Below are positions 36,011 through 50,771 of a stretch of 64,000 nt of DNA, piece after piece. A program made the position numbers and the translations under genes. Source of the stretch: Antedon mediterranea (Eukaryota; Animalia; Echinodermata); the NCBI RefSeq assembly GCF_964355755.1, contig NC_092671.1:2542001-2606000 (forward strand). The letters are read 5' to 3'. Under the pieces are notes generated by a model. That model saw nothing but the letters and a program-made list of their open reading frames with translations, made no database searches and was not told where the DNA came from. Every line of letters starts with the position of its first letter. Position 1 is the first letter of the stretch.

Positions 36011-36809
36011 GATGCTCTCAACTGGGCACCTGAATTCTAATACTGTACAATTATGACACTTGGACCAATAATCAACAGCTTACAAATGCATGAAAATTAA
36101 AGCAAAAAATGATGTCATTGACACTATAGATTAACTAAGATCTACAATAATGATGATTTGTCACGAACCCCTTAAAACAAGGGTTACCCACCTATGAATC
36201 ATTGGTAGGTAATTCTTACATAAATATGAGTTTTAACCCCTGATTCACTGCGATCTTGCGTTGAATTAACCTACATCCTGACTAGAACATGGGTCAACGT
36301 GGTAGAATGTTAAAACTGTAGAAAATGTCAATAATTACAAGGGTCTTGGATGACATTCCAATTTGTTGGAAAGATTTACAACATAGGAAAGACCTTTTGG
36401 TATGTTCGGAAATTACTCATACTTTTGTAATTCTTTAAAAAGAGAAACATTAAATTCCAATTCAATTGCAAATGTAGAAAGTAAAACTAAATTCATATTT
36501 TAAACTTTTTTTTTTTTTGGAATGCATATAACAATTTTGTTTGAACGTCCCCTTTTCCATTCATTTCCTTTATTCACTCATTTTCTTTATTTCAGATAGT
36601 GCATCCATATACAAATCATACAAAACAAAAAGAAACAAAATACCGGGATATTAACAATAGCATCTTCAACAAAAACAACCTAAATATCCTAAAATATCAC
36701 CTCATCCAAAAGTGAGAGAAAAGAAATAACTCTTCACCCGTGACAGAAATTGTCGAACTAGAGTAAAACCTTCAGGATGCCAACAAAGTGTCACATTCAT
36801 ATGAGTTGG

Positions 36810-37070
36810 TCTCTGAATAGGGGTTGGTTAAAAACATATATTTAACCTCATTCATTTGTGAAAGTGTCCCTTTAATAGGGTGTCCTCTGAAAGGGTTAGC
36901 TGAAGTGTTAACACATATACCTTATTACACCTCATTCATTTGTTTTATGTTAAAGTGTCCCCTAATAGAATGTCCTCTGAAAGGGTTGGCTGTAGTGATA
37001 TATATGTCTCGTTTTATGTGAAAGTGTCCTTTAATTAATATGGGTGTCTATTAAATAAGGGTCTCAGAGA
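36810..37070. mobile_element. pogo/Tigger-like MITE-derived subrepeat cluster
   Basis: Repeated aaagtgtccc(t/c)(t/c)taatag..tgtcctctgaaagggtt units. Confidence 0.55.
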
Positions 37071-37627
37071 AGAGGGGTAATATTAAAAGATGCATCACCA
37101 CATTCTTTAAGGGAATGGGGGTAATGATATAGGGGACATTTTGTTGTCTAATACATGAAATGTGTCCAACTTAGATATTTGTGTTTTTGTTTTGGGTCTC
37201 TTGAAAGAAGAGAATCTTGGTTATCTATAGGAAGCAAATTTAAGAAGTTAAAATAAATAACCTTGAATCACAAATCAATTATGAGAAAATCTAAAGCAGA
37301 CATATTTTGCAAGGACGTTTAACTCTTTAATAGATGTAGAATAATGGATAGAAGAAGAGAAAAAAAATGACACAGTTGAACCCTTACATTGGAACACTCA
37401 TACTTTTTTTTCTTTTAATATATTATTGTAATGATTTTTTTGTGAAAAATAAATAAAGAATACTCAATACAGTGGAGACTATTCTATGAAAAAAATGAAG
37501 GGCTAACATATGGTTTAACACTAATGTTTTAGGGATACTTTGTTGGGACCTTAATAGGGTACTATTGTATGACTATGGATGAGTAATGTTAGGTTATTGC
37601 AATCTTCTGTTTTCTAGCTTACAGAAT

Positions 37628-37771
37628 AAAACAAAGAAATATGACAGAGAGGATTGTATAATATTATAATTTGACTGTTTGCTAGAGTTGACAGAAGAGG
37701 TATAAAACAAAGCAATATGACAGAGAGGATTGTCTAATATTATAATTTGATTGTTTGCTAGAAGTTGACAG
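37628..37771. repeat. Tandem duplication, ~76-bp unit
   Basis: aaaacaaag(a/c)aatatgacagagaggattgt.taatattataatttga.tgtttgctaga..ttgacaga occurs twice. Confidence 0.85.
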
Positions 37772-38493
37772 ACAAACGGAAGGAAACAATAAATATTACA
37801 CAATGAATCATACAAACAGATAAAGAAAACAATTGAATTTTATTGATTTCAATCTTAATCAAATAAAGAAATGAAAAGAAGTACCTTAGTACAAACTGAG
37901 GCCTAGAAAAACAGATACTGTAAAAAAAAAACAAATCTTGATGCTGAAACTAATCACAAAATAGAAAACTGGAAACAATAATCAAATAATGAAATTATGT
38001 TTTAAATATTTTTATTAATGAAAAGAATAATTGTCCATTATTTGTTTACCTGTTAAGATAATCAATCACAAATAAATTAACGTTCTTGATATTTTTATTT
38101 AACATTTCTATAATCTTTAATAAATTAACACATTCAACAAATTAAAGAACCATTGATTGTTTATTATTGTTGAACTAAATTCTAAAAATAGACAGTTTAT
38201 TTAACAATTTTGATTTAAATTCAATTTAAAATCTAGGACAATCTAATGTCCTCGGTTTAACGTATTTATATCATAGATGATTTACTTAATAAGAATCAAT
38301 CACGCAAATTAATTGAATTTAAACAAAGGTGTAACGAGACAAAAGTTACAGCGAGCCAGCCACGGACAGATACAGTTTTGACAACTTCCTGGGGATCCTG
38401 GATCACACGGTCAAGAACATGCAGTCATGCTTCAACAAATTATAAAATTGGACTTCACTACATTAGAATGTACAGGTGAAAGCCTGAACTTAC

Positions 38494-38523
38494 TGGGTAT
38501 CGCTCTCCCGAGACAAGAAACAT
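38494..38523 (-). CDS. Weak candidate micro first exon of tensin (MFLVSGERYP)
   Basis: ATG plus 9 codons ending at a phase-0 CCA|gtaagt donor inside a locally GC-rich island; weak start context. Confidence 0.2.
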
Positions 38524-41500
38524 GTAATCGGCCAGCTTTCACTTATTTACCGATAATTTCCACTGTTTCAAAATTATGCCAATCAATCTAGGTCAAATCA
38601 TGTGTTCAACTTTAATTTACACATTTTTCTTTAAGCAACAAAGTCATTTTTTTTATAACTTTCATGTGTTAAGAATAAAGAGTTGAATAAAAAAAGTTAT
38701 ACACTATGTTCTAAACCAATTGCTTTATGGCTCAATTAAAGGATTTGAGAGATAATATTCTGGTCTTAACAATGGATGAACTGGTCTTATCGTATCAGTT
38801 AGTGTGACCCACCATAATCTGGCAATAACTGAATTACTTACTATTGAATTGTTAAGGTGACTCAGTTAAACTTAATCATAATTGGACTCGTTTTCAAATC
38901 TCTCTAGAATCTAACTATCGCCAAATAGTCTAGCATGGAGAAAATAAGAAAAAGGAATTGAACCAAATGTTGTGAGTTGAGAACATTCTGTTAGTTTCCC
39001 GATGTCAAGAGAATAAGCAATAATAAAATGTAATGTTTGAAACATAATCATTTTACAGAAGTTAAAACAAGGGAAATAACAATATGATTAGTCAACTTTC
39101 TATGTCTTTCTTTCTCGATTCTTGAGGAGTTTTGTTTGCTCTTTGCCAATAAGCTTAGAACAAGCTGTCAACAAGTTGCCTCCACCCATTACTAGATCAT
39201 AATTTCCCATCTGTCTTTAAACAATTAAATCAACCTGTTTCATGTTGAAACATACACAGTGGTATCACTTTCTAACAAAACGCCTAGCCAACATAAACGT
39301 TTCTTTTTTTTAATAAGTTAAGGAGTATCATTATAAGTAAAGTTCACATGTTAGCAGTAGAGAAGTAAAAATTAATATGTCTACTTAAGATATTGTCAAT
39401 TGCTTTAGTTTATTAATAAATAAATGGATGGACATATACAGTTCCAAGGTTTACTTATAGAAAAAGGCCACATCACATGCAAGCATGTTGAAGTATTTTA
39501 TTCAAAAGTTACGCAAACAAACAGAGTGGTGTTAGTATAGTAGTTTGTGGGTGCTGTACATAAAAAACAGCCTACCATCAATATTTTTGTTCTAAATTAT
39601 ATTGCAACATTCACATCAAAAGGAAATATCAATTGTTAAGATTAGAATGCTTGAACCAACTTTGAGCTATCATACCATGAACATAAAATCTCAAGTTTTT
39701 GACCAATCAGTCAAAATTGTATTTCAAATCATTAAAAAGGGGGTGTATTCATAATTGTGAAATCTCAAGCCCAAACCTCAAATTTGACATGTTTGGTGTA
39801 TTAGTTGAAAAGAAAAGCTCACACTGACAGACACTTGGCTATGCACAACACATGATATCTATTCCAATATATATATATAAGTAAGGCCTAACTGTACTCG
39901 CTATAAAAAGTGTTCACGTTAATTAACAATCAAGAACTTCCTAAATTTCTATCTTATCTTCATCATCAAACACTACAAAGTAAATGTTAATTTATTCGTG
40001 CTGTAAAAGAATAACAAAAGGGAAGCTAATGCAGAGGTCAACAAGGTATGTTGACATTTTGGCAGATAGTAAGGAAAGTTTACAAACAAACTTGATGACA
40101 GAGAATAATGAGCCAAATAAGTGACATTTACATTGTTTCACTTTGTAATTGGACATTGTACAATTTTAAGATAACATTTATAAATTAATTTTTAATAAAT
40201 ATTTATACAGTTTAATACAAGATACAAGACTTTTTATTGTCACTTAAGATACAAAAGAAAATTCTTTTTCCTAATGCTTAAACAAATTTATCCTATGCCT
40301 ACATAGTTTAAAACATACAATGACAAAAAATACCAATATTTTTAAAATAAACAAGTCACAAGCAAGAGGAAGTATGCAGAAATTCAAGAAATATTTTAAA
40401 TAAATGGGGAAAAAACAACTTTATTACATTATAATACCATGCTAAAATCCTTTTTCAAGTATAATTCCACCCACTACTTAGGTTAAATTTCTTGAAGACT
40501 TTTGGAAATTCCACTGGAATCCGAGTTTTAAAAAGTGTTTAAGGTAAGTTTATTTCTAGTCAACATAAGGGCACACAATGAATATGAATACAAAATTCAA
40601 CAACACTTAATAGTATACTTCATATCAAAATATTCTGAACTAAATCATCTCTAACAATCTCATAGGAACACCTTAATAGAGTTGAGAATACACTGCGACA
40701 TTATCCACTCTTACTAAACTCTGGTCATAGTAATCTTGGGACTTTATTGTCAAATCGTTAATTTCCTCAGATGGTCAAAAGTTTATAAAACTATACTGTC
40801 TATACAAGTCAGCAGAAGTGAAAAAACAAGAACTAGAATGAACTTTTGACAGCTAGACAAAACATAAACTATCAAGAAAGACCTAAAAACATATAAATGC
40901 ATTGATAATGTATTGATGACTTGTTCAGTCATTCATAAACTTTCTCATTTGTCAATAAGCAGTAGCTTCACACTTTAAATTCTATTTTTTCCCATTGTTG
41001 ACTATTTTAAAACATTATTCTGTGTAATTTTTAAATCCTAATTATTCTTATATTTTTTATTTTGAATGTACTGTGTCTATACTGTTTTGGAAGAAACATA
41101 TTCACTAAATACTTCTGCATTCAATTCAATTCAATTCAATTTCTATATTGCTGCAAATGCCATCAAGGGCTAATATCCGCTTAAACATACTACATCATAC
41201 AAACATAATTATACATATTTACATTTAAAATTTAAACACATAAACATTTTAGTCATTACTACTGTAGTAGTTATTATTTTTAATTATTGTAATTATTGTT
41301 ATAATGATTATTGTTATAGTTATTATAATTAATAAAAGTGTAATAAATTATAGGTTACATCTGAAGGGCAGTTTTAATGTCAAGCATTAACTTTGTAAAG
41401 CCGGTAAGCAATTCAATTCAATTTAATTAATTTATTTGTCCACTCGTGAAATAATTAATATGCTCATCAACAATACATACAAATATAGAATATGCATATA

Positions 41501-44101
41501 TATATATATGAATGTTATTGATTTCACATTAGCTGAATGAATGTGACAGAAGGAATGAAATAAATAGCCGATATTCTATCCGTATTTTGTACTAGCTTAA
41601 ATGATTAAGTTTCTGACATATTTAATGGGGACATGGATTAGTAAAAATGATGTAAAATATGTAATATTGATGTATTGGTTTTTACTTCTAATACTTTAAT
41701 CTTGTTTTGCATTTTTTAATTAACAAATTGAGATGTTTGGGAATAGGTCGATGTTTGATATTTATTTTTGAAAGGTCAATAACTTGAAAAATTGAAAAAA
41801 GCTTACAAAAAAATTGGTGATATTGTATAACCTTTTAAAATGAGACAGATTTGTAAATGATTTTTATACAAATTATTATGTTGTTCTTTGTCGGTATAAC
41901 CAATTCAAAATAAATTTTTAATGTATTCAGTATTTTGTTTTTACTTATAGTACTGTGATAATTACAGTATATCTTTCATATGAAAGCTGATCGGTGCTTT
42001 ATTTTTAACCTATACCAAATTAAAATTGTTATATATATATAAAACAAATTATGTGTTATAAGTTACCAATAAACTTATTTCAAATTTTTTTAAACTAAAA
42101 TGGTGAATAAAAAGTGAAGGTGAAACAACGTCATTAAAATTGTGAATGCTGTTCTACTAATTGAAAAGATCATCAAATCCTGTTTTTGACAACATACATG
42201 CCCTTTGCCTGGCAAGGTAGCAACGTTTCAACTCGCTGTATTGATAGATAGACTTTTTCTCGTCTTTATCTGCTATCAGACATCTTTATCTAAGCGTAAC
42301 ATCAAAGTGAACGAGGCCAATATGTCTGGAGTGATTTAGCATTTTGAGGTGTATTCAATCATTTTCATTATTTAAACAGCTTTAAGACAGTTTTTAAAAT
42401 TGCGGTACCGTATAATAATAAGAAACGATCTTTATACAAAAATATCTTTTTTCGTTGTGGTCATGGCTGACTTATACATCTTGTTATCTGACAAATTAGG
42501 CCTACAGGGAATTTAATATTCTTGGTTAGTATCAAGATTGTGAATGAGTTTTTTGTGTTTTTTTTAAACAAAAAATAGTTTACAGAAATTGAATACATAT
42601 CGTTAAAAGTAATACAGACATTCAATGTTCCTAAATACATTAAAATATTGGATCCCTCAAGAAATATTATCACTTCCATTATGGAAATGAGCTAACAGCT
42701 GGTCAAAGAAAATGCTTTTTTTTTTCTTTTAATGTTATGTACTTGTAGACTATTTTCATTCTTCATAATTTAATATCTATTGTGGAAGTGAAAAACAACC
42801 ATTACTATTATACTCCCAGAATAATTGTCTCAAAAATAATTTCATTTCGACTGAAAACAATTCAGAAACAGTCTGATGTTTAATTGTATTTTGAGAAGAA
42901 CAAAAGAAAAGAAAAAGAATATAAAAACAAACGGTTATAGTACAGACAATTGGAAGCAAAGGTCAGAAGAGAGAAAGTCATTAATGACAAGTTTCTGTCA
43001 GATATTGTTATAAAACAACAAGTATCTTAAATTACAAAAAAACAAATCTGTCCGAACTCGGAATACATTTTTCTCCTCATCTGTGTTTCTGTTATTCATA
43101 TTATATTAATTTTTCTCCATTCATATTGGTATATTTAATAAGATCATCTTCAATCTTGATAATTGATACAAAATATTCAACGGATATTACATTATTATAG
43201 ATGCACTGATTATGTTTAAATAACATTTAGTATAAAACTAATTCCAAGTAACGAAAGAGACGTCAAGATTTGACATTTCTATCTATATTTAATCATCAGA
43301 AAAGGATATTATAATTTAATATTATTAATTATTATTATAAGATGTCTTTAAAATTATTTTAGTACATTTAAAAAATGCCGTAGAAGGGACACGAACAAGA
43401 GGCAATATATGTTTTAACACTATGGACAACCCTTATTCAGGGGAAACTTTGTTTAAAGGTGTCTACTGTGTTTCATATAACATATAATATAAATAGTCTG
43501 TCAAAAATAGATATTTAAAAATAGTTCATAACTTCAAAATAGCCACAATTTCTGTAAATAATTTATTAGTAGCTTAGATTTTATTGTAGTTGTCAATCTA
43601 GCCTTCATTTTATAGCATCTTTTTGTTTGGCTGTAATCTTAGCTTTTTTTAAACTTTCACTTCCATATTAGGTAATTAGTAAAATTAGCTCAAAGTCGTC
43701 TTATGATTAAAGGTCGTACAACGCTAATCAACAATAATTATCCACTGAATTTACATATTAAAATGAACTGAAAGTTTTTAATCGAACATAGCTATGTTGA
43801 TCGGACTTCAATGGCATTTTCATTGGTTGTTAATTCTGAATACAGTTTTGATGGCACGATCATTTCCCATGTTTCCATGAATTAAATCATGTTGGTAATT
43901 TGTACTTAAATTCCTTTTGAAAGCTTGGAAAGTTCATAAATAAAGTCCTATTACACGGAGGCATTTCAAAATTGCGACATTCAAATAAGGTATGAAGGCT
44001 TTCATACTACACTCCAAAGAAGCACAATCACAATAATATTAATAAATATGCCCCTGTTCTAATATTCTTATAAGGTAAGATACATTTAAATATTGTTTAT
44101 A

Positions 44102-44291
44102 CAGTAGTTAACCCGTCAGTTGGGAGACCCTACTCACGGAATACTCCTATCAAGGGGACACTTTCCCATGAAATGAACAAGAGGAAATATAATTTAATAC
44201 TACAATCAACCTTTATATCCAGAGAACATCAGTACAGTTTAATAAATGGGCATTTATTTGGGTCCATAAGGCTTAAATAGGGGTTCTACTG
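44102..44291. mobile_element. pogo/Tigger-like MITE with TA TSD
   Basis: TA|CAGTAG...CTACTG|TA termini, internal cctatcaaggggacactt subrepeat. Confidence 0.7.
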
Positions 44292-45330
44292 TATCCATTC
44301 TGTTATCAATGAAATGGTAAATGGTAAGGTTTGAACAGATGTCTCATTGAAGACACCTCCTGTCATTAAAGTTTCCCCCTTTTTTAACAAGTGCAATACT
44401 TTACCCAGAGATAGCGTCAAGTGTTAATGTTATTAACGAGTCAATGCCGTATAGTACACGGGAAGAAATTATTTATTTAGGTAATATCCTACCATCCTGT
44501 TGTATTTCTCAACGCGTTGAATTATAAGCCGCTTTTTTAATGCTACCCAATCTTTGCACCCCTATGAGAACTTTTCTTTTGAACGTTATTGAAGAATGAT
44601 TGTGAGGTTTCGATACTGATGCCTTTGTTCATCGTGATAAGGGTAGTCTGAGGGGTGTCTGGGGTGTCAGACTTACTAAAATATGGAAATAAAGTGTACC
44701 AGCCAATCATTTAGGCAACATTCCTTTCAGATGTTTTTGTTTTAAAAACACAACAATCATGCCGTTAATTACAGCATTACAAGCAATACTATTTTTAGCC
44801 AAAAGAAACATCGTTAATCACTGCCGTTCTAAAGGAAAGCATTCAACAGAAATTGAAAGGGAAAATAATCATGTAAGAACACTTTGTATAATAAAACAGT
44901 AGGATAATGCATATTCATATAATATGAATATTAAATTACTAGGTGTTAAGTATTCAATATTAGAGCATTTGAGGTTTCTACAATAATCATATGCAAATAA
45001 CAGAATATGCATATTATAAATAATTCATTACTTGATAATAAATATTCAATAGTTTTACAATAATCAATGCAAATAATCATATTTAAATATGAATAATTCA
45101 TTATAATTTAAGCAATATAACACACAAAAACAGAATCATATGCATTCATTTTGAATAATTCATTATTAGCTTCTACAATAATGCATAGTCTTATTGTATT
45201 TATGAATAATTCATATAAAAATGGTTAATAAATATTCAAAAAGTTATCTTTGTTTAGTTTGCAAAAACAATTTGTTTTTGTAACAAACATACAATATGTA
45301 TTTTAAGTACTACGCATTTGTTTTATTGAC

Positions 45331-45419
45331 TCTCACCATACGTTACAGTATTCTCATCATACGTTACAGTATTGTCACCATACGTTACAGTATTCTCACC
45401 ATACGTTACAGTATTGTCA
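45331..45419. repeat. Minisatellite, 21-bp unit x4
   Basis: t(c/g)tcaccatacgttacagtat repeated. Confidence 0.9.
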
Positions 45420-46142
45420 TATTAGAACAAAAAGACACAGAACAAAAACAAAATATAAATGTTTTTTAAAAAAAGACATTTTTTTCGCTGTTTGTTATAT
45501 ATATAACTTTCCCATACTTTTTTTTCTGATATCAACATAAACACATTTCCATTCTCAATAAAAACAATAATTGCCTTCAGAATCGCAGAAAACATTTGTT
45601 GATAAGACCAAATATTAATTCAGTTGCCAAAAAATTTTAAATACATCCAACATCATAAACGAGCTCTGAATACTAAAACTATTATCTACAAAATAGCTCA
45701 CTTGCTAACTAATCTTGTCCATGCGTTCTTGCACTAATTGACAATTTGTGATTGAGTTAATTAGAGATTTTGTAAAACCACAAGGCACACACCCTCAAAC
45801 TGAAAAGGGACTTAATTTTCCCAGTGGAATATCAATCTCCTAGCCAGCGGTCTAGTGCAGATTTCACTTCCTCTGTTCTGTCAGATTAACACCAATGTGC
45901 CTACACCATTGACACAGACTTTGAATTATTTAACTAGCTTTGACTATCTTTTCATACCAAAGCCCTCTATTTGGTGGAACTGAAACATCTGGTAGTTGTT
46001 ATTATATATAATTAATATAATGATAAATATGTAAAAATACAATAACTAGAAATTTAGTATTTAAAATAAATTTTGTTCGATAATGTGTAAAAAACTGTTT
46101 TGTTTTAAAAATTCTGTCTTTATATTATTAAATTAGACATTG

Positions 46143-46287
46143 TACAGCAGGATCAATCTCTTTGAGGACGTCCCTATTTAGAGGACACTTTCATTTGAAA
46201 TGAACGAGTGATATAAACAGTAAAAGCCAACACTATTCAGGGGACACCCCCCATCAAGGGGACACCCCCCATCAAGGGGACAATCTA
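46143..46287. mobile_element. pogo/Tigger-like MITE remnant
   Basis: tacagcag start, ggggacaccccccatcaa subrepeats, ttctactgt end. Confidence 0.6.
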
Positions 46288-46345
46288 TATTGATTGTGTT
46301 CTACTGTGCTACAATATCATATGTTTGAAAATGGTACACTCCTTA

Positions 46346-46481
46346 AGCTCTGTCTACACTATCAAACTTTATGTGACAAAAAAATATGATGTGCCCATAT
46401 ATGGACATGATGATGTCATATCACTACCACATTTGGGCTCAATTTTGTTTGTGAAACTAGTTTGATAGTGTAGACAGAGCT
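46346..46481. mobile_element. PIF/Harbinger MITE, 136 bp, TTA TSD (best copy of the family)
   Basis: TTA|AGCTCTGTCTACACTATCAAACT ... AGTTTGATAGTGTAGACAGAGCT|TTA, perfect 23-bp TIRs. Confidence 0.92.
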
Positions 46482-48353
46482 TTAGAAATCTATTTTGATA
46501 GAAAATGTTTGCAGACTATTTTGAGACTCGATTCAATGTAATGGTATTCATTATGAACTTAATTGAAAACAAGTACGAACTAAAGAGTAATTGCACAGTA
46601 GTAATTTATAATTAAAAACACAAATCAAGTGTTTGTACAAATGAAATCCAGTTGATTTGCAGTAATTTGTTAATTGTATAATGATCTTGTTAGGAATTAA
46701 CTTGTCTGATTGAATCTAAATTTCAACAAATTATGACATTAAGTTCCTAAATCTGAGAATGTATTAAAGCCTACTAAAGTGACTTGTCATTTTACAAATA
46801 CTGTATAACATAATATAATTAAGTGTATTTTTTTTTTTATTTACGAGATGAATTTCTTGATATCAAATTTACATTTTATGAAAATGTAAAAGAAAAAAAC
46901 AAACGCATGTTCATCTAGTTTTTTTACTAAGCGAAATCAGAAATTTCTAAGTTTTTAATCCAATTGGTTTATTAAAAATAAAGTTCTAAATTAATATGCA
47001 TTTTTGTTTATTAATACATTTTTCAAAAGTCCCATAAAAAAATATGGAAGTTGATGGACTATTACACCTGTATCAATAATTATTGAGTACTTATATATAT
47101 TGTTCTCAACTACTTGATTAGGTTTACGTTATTGCTACTGTATGACATTTCCAACAAAAAAAAAAGAAATGAATAAATCAAATATTAAAATAAAATAGTG
47201 AAAAAAAATCACCGTTGTAAAAGCATAAACAAATCGGTCTATAGTATATCTATACACATAGTCCATTACTGGAAACAGTATTAGCAATAAAACCAATAAT
47301 TTACAACACTACAATTCCGTCCTAATGAATAATACTCATTAAGCATGAGCTATCTCGAGGGATGAAGCACAGGAAATCCAAGCTAACATGAGGAATGATA
47401 CGGCAATGTTTTAAGAAGTTGATACATAGTAGGCCAATTAACAGTGTCTTTGTTGCAGACGTCTTCTTGTGAATATGCATTTCATTATTGGATATATTAG
47501 CAGTTTAAGAATGCATCAGTTGGCAAGTGAACAAAACTTGTGAGGCAGCGTATTTCAGTAAGCAATACTATAAATATACGCGAGACGAACTTACGAAAAA
47601 TGACCATAATGCAAATTATGTGTCTATCGTATTCTGAGACAGGTACCAACCCTCCTCCTTACAATCCTATATTCTGAGATATATCATAAAACATTGTACT
47701 TGATTGACTGCCTTTGATAGGTGTAATCTGAGTGCCTGAAATTTAAAGGATGTAAATTCAAAAAAGTTTACTTTGTTGCAGTAAATTTATTTTAATTTTG
47801 AAATTTTAATATAATAGTCCTATCAGATAAGTGTTAATTTTACTCCTTGGAACTATTTTTGTTCTATTTCTAGATTCAGATCTCTTTCCACACAAGGATA
47901 CGTGACTTGATATGACACGGCTGATTATGCGTTCAATGACTCAAGACTTGCTAAAGATTCAGCTAGTAAAGTGCTAAAATTAACAACTCTTTATATAAAA
48001 AAAAGTATGTTCTTTTATCACAATGCTTTACATATTTGATCCAGTTTTTAACAGATAACCTGAATACTTAGGTTGTTCAACTTCTGTTCAACTTGTACAA
48101 GAAATATTGAAGTATATCAGTCAATCTGGTAATGGTTTTAGACAATAGATATTATGTAAATGGTATTTGAAATCGGCAAATTGGTATTCATGAAAATGTC
48201 TCACAATAATGTTCTTACAATTATTACAATATCTAAATAATCTAGTCTCCTGTAAAACAAATCGCCATTACAGATATTTTTTTAAATTTCATAATTGTAA
48301 AATAGTTCCGAATTCTACTGAACATTACATATTATTTATCTATTTTATTTAGT

Positions 48354-48480
48354 GGGGCATTGTGGCGTAGTGGTTAGAGAATTAGAATGGCAAGCTGTTG
48401 AGTGTTGAGTTCTTGAGCAAGATTCTTTATCCACCTTGTTCCTCTTTAACTTTGTGAAAAAAATTGGTACCGGTGTTTGA
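48354..48480 (+). mobile_element. Degenerate tRNA-headed CORE/Meta-type SINE
   Basis: A box gtggcgtagtggttaga followed by core-like tcttgagcaag...ttgttcctct...tgtgaaaa..tggtaccgg. Confidence 0.55.
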
Positions 48481-48683
48481 TAAGTACTGAGAATGTAATT
48501 CAGAATCAACTGCATAGAGTAGGGTCTGGTAAAAACACTAAATGGAGATAGGCTAAACAGTTTTGACTTTACTTTTACTTTACCTATGTTACGCTATCAT
48601 TAAGAGCTTCACATTGAATACAAACAAGAGCAAAAACAGAAATGTATCAATGAATGCAAGCAAGCAAGCTGTAGCATTGCTAA

Positions 48684-48846
48684 AGCTTGCTACCCACTTG
48701 GATACAACGTATGGACATACAGTAAGCACGACGTAATTAATTTAACCAATCATAATGCAATGGATCATTTGAACTACTGCTTATGATTGGTCAACTCAAT
48801 GCAATGTGCATATGTCGATGTGTTGCATCCAAGTGGGAAACAAGCT
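48684..48846. mobile_element. PIF/Harbinger MITE, 163 bp, TAA TSD
   Basis: TAA|AGCTTGCTACCCACTTGGAT ... ATCCAAGTGGGAAACAAGCT|TAA, with inner IR accaatcataa/ttatgattggt. Confidence 0.85.
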
Positions 48847-50643
48847 TAAACGCTAAATACAGTGCAGATGATAAAACTGAAATTATTTGTATATCTATGC
48901 TTTTCGTGTTGTTGAAGTGATAGGTGTTGAAAATGTATTAATAAATGGTTGATTTTGTCAAAAGATCTAATCACAGGTTTTATAATCTAATTTTACAGTC
49001 ATAACTTGTTTCTTTTAAAGATAATACGATAATTCAATATATAAACTAAGCCCTTTAAAGACATTTCATAAGGTGTGAAAGATGGACTTCAATCAATAGT
49101 GTCCTAGGAGGGGTTCCTGGTTGTTAGGACAGGGAGTTTCCTCATCTTTAGAGTGATTCATGTGTCCCCATGCCGTGTAGGATTAAGATTCCTAGCGCCC
49201 TGCCTAGGTGGGATCGGGCCTAGGGAATGTTTTGTAATATATTTAATGTAATCACTTAGTTACTATGGAAATTAATATGAAGTTTACACCTGATATGAGT
49301 TTATAAATAAAGTTTTATATCAATTTTAATAATAATATTTCTATAAAAAAATTAATCAGAGGTAGAGGAGGACGTGTTATCTGTGCTCTCCTCTATAACC
49401 TTATTTGTTATCTTATTCTAATCAAATTTGGTTAAACTTTACATATGTAGCACAATGTATTTGGAGTGGTTACTATTTTTTTACAATTACAGACTCTAGA
49501 ATTGTATAATGATGAATATTAAAACAGCTCAAAACAATTTCGATTGATACAAACTGACCTAAATTTAGTAATTTTTTTTCCTTAACAGATGGTTTGTTAT
49601 TATAAATATCACTGTAGGCCTATAATTATGTGTGCACAATGTAGTTACGTCAAGGCTATTCTATAGTATTATACTGTATTAACTATTCTTCATATTAAAT
49701 ATTTTATGGTAATCCTAGAGAAGTGTGACGTTTCACTCTTCTCTGGTAATTCAAGGTAGTTTTTTTTTTAATGATTATAATAAAATGAGCCTATCCTCTC
49801 AATCATTCAGTGAAATCCATTCAGAAGGAAAAAAAAAAAATTGAAAAAGGAGTGCCGAGAAGAGTTAAAAATAGATATATCACTGGAAATGTGACCGCCA
49901 ACCCAAATTATCAACTCCCCATCTAGCTCCTCTTTCTAAAAAACAAATTACATGAACACAATTAAAAACATACATCTAATGAAAAAAAACCTCTTTATAT
50001 TATTTTTTATTTTTTTTATTCAATATTAATTTTATTTAATTTGTAGTTACAAAATACATTGGCCTTGATAGTATTCAGATGAGATTACCAACCAGGTTTA
50101 TTATAAACGTGTCGCACGCAATATCTTTGTTATTTAAATAACCGTCTGGATGGCACCGTTTGCTTTCATCATCAACATCGGATAAAATGATAATTAATAT
50201 TGATATTAGTATAAAATGCTTCGTGTATGTTTGCCTAAGGTGTACTGTATAAGGGTTTTATACCATTTTCACATATGCATACATTTATTTATTTGAATCT
50301 TTCGATTTATTACACATTTTCATATACACATTTGTAAACCTGGCAAAATTCGAGAGAAGATATGGTCGGAGCGATATTTGATTATTATGCATATACCTGT
50401 ACTGTGTGATTGGTCAGTTTATAACAGGGCAATTACACATGTGCAGTAACAACTTGGAATATCTCAAACACTATACACACATGGTTACAATCTTGTAATT
50501 GCAACTAAATGCTCTTTAAAATTGACAATATTTTAATTAAACTTAAAAAAACTGACAATGTTGCAACTTCAACTTCGTTATCTATGATAGTGTTAATAGT
50601 TTGCAGCTTTACATTTGCTGTCAAATAGCAGTGTTTTAATTGA

Positions 50644-50771
50644 AACTACCAACAGGCAAATTGATTGAAATTGGGAGTGAACTGTGCAACTACCAAAAGG
50701 CAAATTGATTGAAATTAGGAGTGAACTGTGCAACTACCAAAAGGCAAATTGATTGAAATTAGGAGTGAACT
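50644..50771. repeat. Minisatellite, 44-bp unit x2.9
   Basis: aactaccaa(c/a)aggcaaattgattgaaatt(g/a)ggagtgaactgtgc at 50644, 50688 and 50732. Confidence 0.92.

Noticed and set aside
40210-41180. Possible LINE 3' ends (short tandem tails such as atacaag and attca; also ~22700-22830 and ~36580)
   Set aside because: Only tail-like signatures; no RT coding remnant or boundaries could be supported by eye.
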